64,000 bases of DNA from the NCBI GenBank assembly GCA_965140415.1, contig OZ223209.1:5152001-5216000 (forward strand). Reading direction: 5' to 3'. This document shows positions 38,599-46,697 of this stretch, in pieces. Position 1 is the first letter of the stretch. Each line of letters opens with the position of its first letter. The notes beneath the pieces were generated by a model. That model saw only the letters and a program-made list of their open reading frames with translations, did no database searches and was not told the DNA's origin. The position numbers were made by a program, and so were the translations under genes. The DNA is from Myxococcota bacterium. Lineage in GTDB: Bacteria; Myxococcota_A; SURF-8.

Positions 38599-39369
38599 TT
38601 ACAATACGCTTTCCTGGGCGGCGATCGCTTTTTTCACCTTTAGGATCGCCTTGCTGTGCAGTTGCGAAATCCGTGATTCCGACAGATCCAGCACTTTTCC
38701 GATTTCCTTGTAGTTCAATTCATCGAAGTAGTACAGCGACAACACCAGGCGCAGTTTCTCCGGCAGATCGGCGATGGCTTCGGTCAGTTGTTCTTTCATC
38801 GATTTCTCGGCCAGTTCCCGATACGGTTGAAACTCGGTATGGCCGGCATCCACGGCGTCGGCTTCGCTGGCCTGTACGGCAATCGTGCCGGTGGCGTCTT
38901 GGATGTCCAAAAAAACCAGGGAGCGCGTTTGGCTCATCATGGCTTGTAACTCCTGTAGTTCGATCCCCATTTCTTTGGCGATTTCTTCTTCCGTGGGTTT
39001 GCGTCCCAGGCGACCCTCAAGTGTTGCCACGGTTTGTCCGACCGTGTTGGCCATTCTGCGACTGCCGCGCGAAAGGCTGTCGTTGCAGCGTAATTCATCT
39101 AGAATCGAACCCTTGATGCGCAATTCGGAATAGGCGGCAAAGCTTTTGCCTTTACTGGGATCGAATTTTTCGGCAGCGTCGATCAGACCCATCGTGCCCA
39201 CGGAAATGAGATCTTCGACTTGAATGGTTTCCGGTAAGCGAGAGACTATCCGATAGGCGACTCGTTTCACGATGCGCAGGTGGTCCAACACCAGTTTGTC
39301 GCGTTCCGCTTGCGATCGGAAAGGAGACTGTCGCTGTTCTTTTTCTCTATGTTCTGCTTCCTGATACAT
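38599..39369 (-). CDS. fliA: Flagellar sigma factor sigma-28 (FliA/WhiG)
   Basis: EDLISVGTMGLIDAAEKFDP, RIKGSILDELR, LSLYYFDELNYKEIG..L.LSESRISQLH. Confidence 0.95.
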   Translation of the reverse strand: MYQEAEHREKEQRQSPFRSQAERDKLVLDHLRIVKRVAYRIVSRLPETIQVEDLISVGTMGLIDAAEKFDPSKGKSFAAYSELRIKGSILDELRCNDSLSRGSRRMANTVGQTVATLEGRLGRKPTEEEIAKEMGIELQELQAMMSQTRSLVFLDIQDATGTIAVQASEADAVDAGHTEFQPYRELAEKSMKEQLTEAIADLPEKLRLVLSLYYFDELNYKEIGKVLDLSESRISQLHSKAILKVKKAIAAQESVL

Positions 39370-39377
39370 AACTATTC

Positions 39378-40205
39378 CTAATCGATAATTCGAGACCAGA
39401 GCAAAGGCGTTTCACCGGCACGCGTACGGGCTCGCTTGGCAAGTATGGCCTCCGAGAGACCTTTGAGAGCCAGCGAAGCAGGTGAAGACGGGAACGCATC
39501 GACAAAGGGACGCTGCTGGGTGATGGCTTTGCTTACGACTTTGTCATAGGGGATCGAGCCCATGTAGTCGATGACGACATCTATGAAATTATCCGCGACA
39601 TCCGAAAGCGTCTGGTAAACGCGCAACGCGGCTGCTTCACTGTGTGCGGAATTGACGACGACCTGAAAGCGGCTGACGTTGTATTCCTGGCGCAGAACTT
39701 TGATGATGGCATAGGAATCGGCCAATGAAGTCGGTTCCTGGTTGACCACCACGATCACGTGCTGACTGGCGGCGGCGAAATTCAACACCGACGATCCGAT
39801 GCCCGCAGCCGTGTCGATCAGGATCATATCGTAGCGATTACCCAGGGTTTCCAACTGTCCCAGAACCAGCATCTGCTGGTCGGCGTCCAGATTGGCCATT
39901 TTGCTGATGCCGCTGGAGGCGGGCAGGATGTGAATACCGCCCGGTCCGCGCACGATGATGTCATTGATGCTTTTCTCTTCGTCCAATAAGTGTTGGAAAT
40001 TGTATTTCGGGCGGATGCCGTACATGATATCGACGTTGGCCAGACCCAAATCGCCGTCGACGACCAGAGTTTTGCGGCCAGCCGCCACAAAGTTGACGGC
40101 AAGATTGACCGTGAGCGACGTTTTTCCAACACCACCCTTTCCGGACGTTACGGCGAGCACCATCGGTGCATAACCACGGGATTTTCTTAGGGGTCTATCT
40201 GCCAC
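39378..40205 (-). CDS. flhG: MinD-like flagellar number regulator FlhG/FleN
   Basis: SGKGGVGKT, DGDLGLANVD, IDTAAGI, EPTSLADSYA; between flhF and fliA. Confidence 0.92.
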   Translation of the reverse strand: MADRPLRKSRGYAPMVLAVTSGKGGVGKTSLTVNLAVNFVAAGRKTLVVDGDLGLANVDIMYGIRPKYNFQHLLDEEKSINDIIVRGPGGIHILPASSGISKMANLDADQQMLVLGQLETLGNRYDMILIDTAAGIGSSVLNFAAASQHVIVVVNQEPTSLADSYAIIKVLRQEYNVSRFQVVVNSAHSEAAALRVYQTLSDVADNFIDVVIDYMGSIPYDKVVSKAITQQRPFVDAFPSSPASLALKGLSEAILAKRARTRAGETPLLWSRIID

Positions 40206-40252
40206 GAGTCAAGCCTCCTTGCTATGGGCAGTTGCGCATCATGCCTTGTAAA

Positions 40253-41602
40253 TCAGTGGAATAACAGCTCGTTCAGTCGCTTGGACGTTGCTTGTTCTAT
40301 ATCTTCCGGTACGCGCTGGCCAGTAGTGAAATAGCTGAACGGGCGCTTGGCGGCCATGTACGCATTTAATAGACCGCCGTAGGTCACGGTTTCATCCAAT
40401 TTTGAGAAGACCATGTAATGATATCCGATCTGATCGTACAGTTCGGAGAAGGAAACCAGGTCGCGCTCTTTGGTTGGCGCGGACAAAACCAGGTGTCGTT
40501 CGATGCCGGGAACGCTGTCCAGCGTCTGGCTTAAACGCTCTAACAGCTCCATATCACGCGGGTTTTGCCCGGCAGTGTCCACCAGTGTAACGTTTCTGCT
40601 CTTAAAGGCCCGGATGGCCTGCTGAAAATCACGTTTGTTGGATGCGGCCAGCAGGGGAATACGGCTGGAATCCGCAAATTTGCGAAGCTGATCGACTGCG
40701 CCAACGCGGAAATTATCGACGGTGATCAAGCCTACGGAGATGTTTTGCCGGGCCAGTCCCGCAGCGATTTTGGCGATGGTGGTGGTTTTTCCCACACCGG
40801 TCGGACCGATCAGCGCTGCAATACGGCGTTTGCGGGTTTTACCCAGCGCGCCACCGGTGCGCACGTTTCCGGCGACCAGAGAATTTAAAAAGGTTTGTAC
40901 TTTTTGCGGTTGCCAGGGTTTGTGCGGGTTGAAGCGGCTGCACAGCCGATTCAGCATTTCCTGAGCGATATCAGGTTGAACGCCGGTATCCAGCAGGTAG
41001 AAATACAAGGAGGTCACCTGCGGCGGCATCGGTTTTTTCAGGCTGTTGGGGTCGGGCAGAGGAACCGAAGCAATCGGCTCCGGGCTGAAAGCCGTTTGAT
41101 GCCAGTTGCCTTGCGATTCTTTCACCGAAGCGGTCGGGTGGATGTAGTCTTCCGTCTCTTCCGTCTCTTCCGTCTCTTCCGTATCGTACGAATCGGCAAC
41201 GCTGTCCGTTACGGTTGTGGTTGCAGCACGGTGAGAGGTCGTCGAGCGCGCGGCGCGTGCATTGTGCAGCGGACGCGCTTTATCTTCGGCAGGAGCCATT
41301 TCGGCATAAAGCTGACTGAGCAGCTGTTCCGCTTCTTTGCGTTCGGCATCCGAATGGACACTTGCAGGCGCCGAGGTGTTTTCGGCAACGACAGGCTTGG
41401 CTTCGTAGTCGTCTTTGGCGTTTTCCGGGGCGTCCTGATCTTCATCCGGACGACGAGCCAGAATTTCCACCCTGCGACGTTTACCGGCCAAGCCGTTTTT
41501 CTTTTCCTGGACGGAAACGATCACCGCGTCCCTACCCAGTTCTCCACGGACGGTCATCAAGCCTTCCGGAATGCTGTCGGCGACGTAACGATGAATTTCC
41601 AT
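40253..41602 (-). CDS. flhF: Flagellar SRP-type GTPase FlhF
   Basis: GELGRDAVIVS, GPTGVGKTTT, DTAG, KLDE, TGQRVPEDI. Confidence 0.93.
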   Translation of the reverse strand: MEIHRYVADSIPEGLMTVRGELGRDAVIVSVQEKKNGLAGKRRRVEILARRPDEDQDAPENAKDDYEAKPVVAENTSAPASVHSDAERKEAEQLLSQLYAEMAPAEDKARPLHNARAARSTTSHRAATTTVTDSVADSYDTEETEETEETEDYIHPTASVKESQGNWHQTAFSPEPIASVPLPDPNSLKKPMPPQVTSLYFYLLDTGVQPDIAQEMLNRLCSRFNPHKPWQPQKVQTFLNSLVAGNVRTGGALGKTRKRRIAALIGPTGVGKTTTIAKIAAGLARQNISVGLITVDNFRVGAVDQLRKFADSSRIPLLAASNKRDFQQAIRAFKSRNVTLVDTAGQNPRDMELLERLSQTLDSVPGIERHLVLSAPTKERDLVSFSELYDQIGYHYMVFSKLDETVTYGGLLNAYMAAKRPFSYFTTGQRVPEDIEQATSKRLNELLFH

Positions 41603-41636
41603 GACCTCGCTCCTTTACGTTCTCGGCTCTTCCGCT

Positions 41637-43709
41637 TTATGCGGAAACGGTGCCCAACAATTGAATCTGTACATCCTGGTCCAGTTCCCGGTGCGAAATG
41701 ACCGCCAGATCGGGAACCACCATTTGGATGAAGTTATGAATCGCTTTACGAATCTCAGGCGAAACCAGCAGCACCGGCTGCACGGCCTGGGCGCTGGAGT
41801 CGCGATATTGCTTTTCGATTTTTCCCAGCACGGAACGAGCCTGCTCGGGCGAGAGCGAGACCTGGATTTCGTCTTCGACGATGCGCTGGGAATTACGGAA
41901 CATGTCTTCCACCTGCTGGTCGAGCATGATGGCATAGAGGTTGCCGTTGGGGTCCAGGTAACGGCTGGTGATGGCCTTACCCAGTCGCTGACGCACGATT
42001 TCGGAAAGAATTTCGGTGTTTTTGGTTTGCGGTGCGGTGTCCGCCAAGGTTTCCAGAATGGTGCGCAGATCGCGTACGGAGACCTGTTCGGCCAGCAGAT
42101 TTTTCATCACTTTAAGCACTTCACCCAACGACAGCAGTCCCGGAATCAGGTCTTCGACCAGCTTGGGATTGGAGCGGGAGAAGATATCCAGCAGTTGTTG
42201 CAGTTCCTGGCGACCCAGTAACTCGTGTGAGTAGTTCTTCAAGACTTCGGAAAGGTGGGTGGCCACGACGGTGGAAATGTCCACGACCGTATAACCGAAC
42301 GCTTCCGCCTTTTCGCGATCCTGTTTGGTGACCCACTTGGCCGGCAGGCCGAACGCCGGTTCCACAGTATCGATACCGGGGATATCCGAATCGACGTCGC
42401 CTGGATTCATGGCCAGGTAATGATCCGGCTTGATGGAACCGGAGGCGATTTCCACGCCTTTAAGTTGAATGACATAGCGTTCCGGGTCGAGTTGCAGGTT
42501 GTCGCGAATGTGAATCGGAGGAATGATCAGGCCCAGCATGGTCACGAATTGGCGACGCAGACCGGTGATGCGGTCCAGCAATTCGCCGCCCTGGCGCTGA
42601 TCCACCAGGTTGATCAGACCGTAGCCGACTTCCATATCCAATAGATCCAGGGGCAGCATCTGTTCGAGTCGCTCGGTTTCACTGACTTGCGGCGGCAGCA
42701 TTTCCGGCGGCATTTCCACTTCCGGTTTTTGCGCCTTTTTCATCTTGTCGTAGGAGTGCTTCGCCGCAAACAGCAATAAACCACCAAGCATCAGGAAGGT
42801 GAAGGTCGGCATGCCCGGCACTAACGAGAACATGCACAGGAAGATGCCGACCATGGCCAGTACGCGCCATTGTTTGAGGATCTGGCGGAAGAGATCGTCG
42901 CCCAGATGGGTGTCCGAAGCGGTGCGGGTCACCAGAATACCGGCGGCGGTCGATGTGATCAGCGACGGGATCTGTGACACTAATCCGTCACCAACCGTCA
43001 AAATCGTGTACGTGGTGGCGGCTTCGGAGATGGGCATGTTCATCTGCACCACACCGATGATGAAACCGGCGATGATATTGATGGCGGTGATCAGCAATCC
43101 GGCGATGGCGTCACCGCGAACGAACTTGCTGGCACCGTCCATTGCGCCGTAGAAATCGGCTTCGGATTCGATCTCTTTACGTCGCTTCTTGGCGTCTTTT
43201 TCCTTGATAATTCCAGCATTTAGATCGGCGTCGATGGACATCTGCTTGCCGGGCATGGAATCGAGCACGAAACGTGCAGCCACTTCGGCAATACGGCCTG
43301 CACCTTTGGTAATGACGATGAAGTTGATGATCACCAGAATCAGAAAGACAATGATTCCAACGACATAATTACCACCGACGACGAACTGGCCGAAGGATTG
43401 AATCACGTGACCGGCAGCGGCGGGACCGTTATGTCCGTTGATCAGAATCAAGCGAGTCGTCGCAATATTCAGCGACAACCGGAACAGGGTCATCACCAGC
43501 AAGATCGAAGGAAATACGGAAAATTGCAGGGGTTTATTGATGTAAACCGTGGTCAACAGAATCAACAGGGACATCGTGATGCTGATGGCCAGGAACAAAT
43601 CCATGGCGGCGGGCGGAACCGGCATGATCATCATCATCAAGATACCGACTACGCCGATGGCGGTCATGATATCGGTTTGTTGACTGATCTGTTTTAAGCG
43701 TTCCAGCAT
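41637..43709 (-). CDS. flhA: Flagellar export gate protein FlhA
   Basis: RIAEVAARFVLDSMPGKQMSIDADL, FYGAMDGASKFVRGDAIAG; start set at 43709 (MLERLKQ) downstream of a sigma-54 motif. Confidence 0.96.
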   Translation of the reverse strand: MLERLKQISQQTDIMTAIGVVGILMMMIMPVPPAAMDLFLAISITMSLLILLTTVYINKPLQFSVFPSILLVMTLFRLSLNIATTRLILINGHNGPAAAGHVIQSFGQFVVGGNYVVGIIVFLILVIINFIVITKGAGRIAEVAARFVLDSMPGKQMSIDADLNAGIIKEKDAKKRRKEIESEADFYGAMDGASKFVRGDAIAGLLITAINIIAGFIIGVVQMNMPISEAATTYTILTVGDGLVSQIPSLITSTAAGILVTRTASDTHLGDDLFRQILKQWRVLAMVGIFLCMFSLVPGMPTFTFLMLGGLLLFAAKHSYDKMKKAQKPEVEMPPEMLPPQVSETERLEQMLPLDLLDMEVGYGLINLVDQRQGGELLDRITGLRRQFVTMLGLIIPPIHIRDNLQLDPERYVIQLKGVEIASGSIKPDHYLAMNPGDVDSDIPGIDTVEPAFGLPAKWVTKQDREKAEAFGYTVVDISTVVATHLSEVLKNYSHELLGRQELQQLLDIFSRSNPKLVEDLIPGLLSLGEVLKVMKNLLAEQVSVRDLRTILETLADTAPQTKNTEILSEIVRQRLGKAITSRYLDPNGNLYAIMLDQQVEDMFRNSQRIVEDEIQVSLSPEQARSVLGKIEKQYRDSSAQAVQPVLLVSPEIRKAIHNFIQMVVPDLAVISHRELDQDVQIQLLGTVSA

Positions 43710-43747
43710 GGTTTTTTCGTTCCTTTTCTTTCGCTGCCGGTTAGTAA

Positions 43748-43763
43748 AGCAAAACCCGTGCCT
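43748..43763 (-). promoter_or_regulatory. Sigma-54 (-24/-12) promoter of the flhA operon
   Basis: Minus strand AGGCACG-GGTT-TTGCT, about 40 nt upstream of the ATG. Confidence 0.8.
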
Positions 43764-43894
43764 ACTCTTAACCTCGCGAAACTGGGCAAAAATTTCCGAT
43801 CGAGCTGAAGCTTTTGCCTGCCTGGAAATTCGTGCCCGAAGCTTGTTGTGGATTTTGATTTCGGGGTAGTCGTCCGTTGGAGCATGGTCGTGCG

Positions 43895-44045
43895 TTGGAA
43901 CATGGCTCCCGCCATGTTCCGCATGTTTTGGTCGGGTCTCCTGTCCCGACACCTATCCAGGGGTAGTAGGTGTAGTAAAGTAGTAAAGGTCGGATTAAAT
44001 TCTAATCCGACACATATGATTGTCGGATACATTGTATCCGACCGG
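43895..44045. repeat. Cluster of REP-like palindromes
   Basis: GGAACATGG..CCATGTTCC; GTCGGG..CCCGAC; GGTCGGATTA..TAATCCGACA and inverted partner TGTCGGATAC..GTATCCGACC. Confidence 0.7.
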
Positions 44046-44078
44046 GGCTAAGAATAACATTGGGAGCCGGGAGGTACA

Positions 44079-44372
44079 ATGATCGACTTTTCATTAGGTT
44101 GCTTCAGCGCACTCTTTTTACTGGTTGTTGTATTCATTCTGCTCGTCATGGCCGGACGTAGCTGCTCCTCGGCGATTGATACCACCTGGGATTCGGTTAA
44201 AGACCTGCCCGTCCCGATTTCGATACCGGAAGTCGAAACGGATCTTGACGAAGATTGTGACGGAGAGTGTCTAACGCCGTTTGAGCGTGGCCGCCGTGAT
44301 GCAAGAGAGGGTCGAGGTTGGAACCCTCCAACAATCAAGTTCAAATCCACTCAAAAAAAGAATCCAAACTGA
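44079..44372 (+). CDS. Small hypothetical membrane-anchored protein (97 aa)
   Basis: GGAGG RBS, N-terminal hydrophobic helix, CDGEC, TPFERGRRDAREG. Confidence 0.6.
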   Translation: MIDFSLGCFSALFLLVVVFILLVMAGRSCSSAIDTTWDSVKDLPVPISIPEVETDLDEDCDGECLTPFERGRRDAREGRGWNPPTIKFKSTQKKNPN

Positions 44373-44385
44373 TCGCTTGAATAAA

Positions 44386-44446
44386 GTAGAATGGGTAATT
44401 GTTTTGCCCATTACTCTGAAAAGATGGGCATGGATGCCCATCCTAC
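44386..44446. repeat. Inverted pair of GTAG-type REP-like elements
   Basis: GTAGAATGGGTAA..TTGCCCATT and GATGGGCATGGATGCCCATCCTAC. Confidence 0.7.
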
Positions 44447-44551
44447 TATCTGGCATCTCATCGCCGACAGTTCGCATTCGGACGGGTGGCCGTGACTCGA
44501 ATGAATGAGAAGGACGGGCGGGTGGCCCAGATAAAGTGTGGCACCTGGCCA

Positions 44552-44654
44552 AGCGGAGTAAAGCGATAGCTTGCCCATGTGACTCTCGAATACGGGCAAA
44601 CCTGCGGTTTAGCCCGCGCCACCCTGAAATCACTAGACTGGTATTAGTCCGACA
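44552..44654 (-). repeat. Inverted copy of the 12568-12669 repeat
   Basis: Reverse complement matches with only a few differences; followed by TGTCGGTCAGAAAATCTGACCGACCTAC. Confidence 0.9.
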
Positions 44655-44744
44655 TCGGTTCGTGATTGTCGGTCAGAAAATCTGACCGACCTACAATAAC
44701 TACAATAACTGCTCTCGCCCCCCTGTATTGATCCCTTGCGCAAC

Positions 44745-44932
44745 TGGCACATTTTGTCCCACCTGCACTGACTATCAAAATACACGTGTAATATCATCCA
44801 GTTGCAAAAACCACCCCGATTAACCCACTGCTTTGTGGGACATTTTGTCCCAGTCTGCTGAATCCTGATCCGCCAAAAACCAACTTATTATGTGTAAATA
44901 CATATGGTTACACATCTGGCCCGGTGATTGCT
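44745..44932 (+). promoter_or_regulatory. Sigma-54 promoter with two palindromic enhancer sites and an IHF-like site
   Basis: TGGCACATTTTGTCCCA (44745) and TGGGACATTTTGTCCCA (44836); AACCAACTTATTA near 44878; TGGCCCGGTGATTGC (44917-44931). Confidence 0.8.
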
Positions 44933-44972
44933 TTAGCCCAATGGAGGAACGTGGCAAAGGAGTCAACCGACC

Positions 44973-46685
44973 ATGGAACAAAACGGATCACAAATTTCGC
45001 ATCGCGCCGCCATCGCCCGCGCCTTCAAGCCGACGGACATCTCCTTGAAGCAGCTTCGAAACACCATTTTATTACGATTGCTGCTGGTGGCGCTGATTCC
45101 GCTGCTCATTCTTTCCATTTACTTTCACTACCAGTTCAAATCCACATTGGAGCAGCGCAGCAAGCTGCAACTGGAAACCCTGGCTTCCAGCCATCGCCAG
45201 AGCGTGGATCGCTTTATCCATAACAAGATTTCCGCCCTGCGAGGCATTGTAGACTCCAGCCTGATCAACCTGCCACCCAACAAAACGGAAGTCGAGAAAC
45301 TACATAAAGTACTGAAATCACTGGACGACACCATTTTAGACGTCGGCGTCTTCGATGCGACGGGACACCATGTCGCCTATTCCGGTCCATATGAGTTTCT
45401 GGAAGGAAAAAACTACCACAACGAAACCTGGTTCAAAGTTCTGATCGATACCGACAGCCTCTTTTTCATCAGCGATGTTTACCTGGGCTACCGTGATCAA
45501 CCTCATTTCGTTATCGCAGTCAAAGCCAATAAAGACAAAGAAACCTGGGTGTTACGGTTAACGGTCAACTTGCAGAAATTCCAACAGTTTGTCGATGACA
45601 TCGGCCAGATCGAAAAGGCCCACGCCTTTATCGTCAATAACGATGGCATCTGCCAGGTCGTACCAACCAACGTCGGCCAGACGCTGCAAAAGTCTCCGAT
45701 GTGGCCGGCGCTGAAAAAGATCGGCGGCGGCTTATACGAAACCGAAGTCGGAGACGAAAATTATCTGGCGGCCACGCAAAGCCTGACCAAGGTAGACTGG
45801 ACCCTGGTCGTCATCCAGCCGACCTCCGCCGCCTATGCACCCATTGCACAGGCGCGTGTGATTATGGCGTTCATTATTCTGCTGGGTGTCATCATCACGA
45901 TTGTCACGGCGCTACTGGCCACATCCACCTTGATGCGTCAATATGCCCGTTCCGAAGCCAACCGCGCCGAGTTGATCAGCCAACTCGTGCAGGCCGGGAA
46001 AATGGGCACCATGGGAGAAATGGCGGCGGGCGTAGCCCACGAAATCAATAATCCACTCGCGATCATCCTTTCGGAAATCGGCGTGATGGAAGATCTGCTG
46101 GACCCGCGTCTGGGTGGCACTTTCGACGCCGATGATTTCCGGCAACGCCTCAATTCGATCCGCGAAGAATCCAACCGATGCAGAAGCATCATTCATAAAC
46201 TGCTCGGCTTCGCCCGCCGCAACAAACCCAAGATCTCCGACTGCAACGTCGCAGACATCATCCACCAGACCGTCGATATGGTGCAGCGAGAATTGATGCT
46301 GGAGAACATCAACATCCGAACGGACGTAGACGAGAGCATCCCGCTGATTCACACCGACGACGATCAATTGAAGCAGGTGCTGATCAACCTGATCCGCAAC
46401 GCCACCGACGCCATCGGTAAAGGCGGCACCATCACGGTCAGTGCCATGGATATGATTGACAAGGTGAGCCTGGTAGTTTCCGATACCGGCAGCGGTATCT
46501 CGCCCGAACACATCGAACAGATCTTCATGCCCTTTTTCACCACCAAGGAAGTCGGCAAAGGCACCGGCCTGGGGCTTTCCATCACACACGGCATCGTCAC
46601 CGCACTGGGCGGAAGCATCAACGTGACAAGCGAACCCGGACACGGCACGGCGTTTGAAATCATTATTCCTAAAACACATAGTTGA
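44973..46685 (+). CDS. Membrane sensor histidine kinase with Cache-like domain
   Basis: Two TM segments, SDVYLGYRDQPHF, H-box AGVAHEINNPL, FFTTKEVGKGTGLGL. Confidence 0.93.
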   Translation: MEQNGSQISHRAAIARAFKPTDISLKQLRNTILLRLLLVALIPLLILSIYFHYQFKSTLEQRSKLQLETLASSHRQSVDRFIHNKISALRGIVDSSLINLPPNKTEVEKLHKVLKSLDDTILDVGVFDATGHHVAYSGPYEFLEGKNYHNETWFKVLIDTDSLFFISDVYLGYRDQPHFVIAVKANKDKETWVLRLTVNLQKFQQFVDDIGQIEKAHAFIVNNDGICQVVPTNVGQTLQKSPMWPALKKIGGGLYETEVGDENYLAATQSLTKVDWTLVVIQPTSAAYAPIAQARVIMAFIILLGVIITIVTALLATSTLMRQYARSEANRAELISQLVQAGKMGTMGEMAAGVAHEINNPLAIILSEIGVMEDLLDPRLGGTFDADDFRQRLNSIREESNRCRSIIHKLLGFARRNKPKISDCNVADIIHQTVDMVQRELMLENINIRTDVDESIPLIHTDDDQLKQVLINLIRNATDAIGKGGTITVSAMDMIDKVSLVVSDTGSGISPEHIEQIFMPFFTTKEVGKGTGLGLSITHGIVTALGGSINVTSEPGHGTAFEIIIPKTHS

Positions 46686-46697
46686 ACAGGATTTCAC

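Noticed and set aside
43710-43952. 81-aa N-terminal extension of FlhA in the ORF track
   Set aside because: Region contains the sigma-54 promoter and palindromes; FlhA-like sequence begins at 43709
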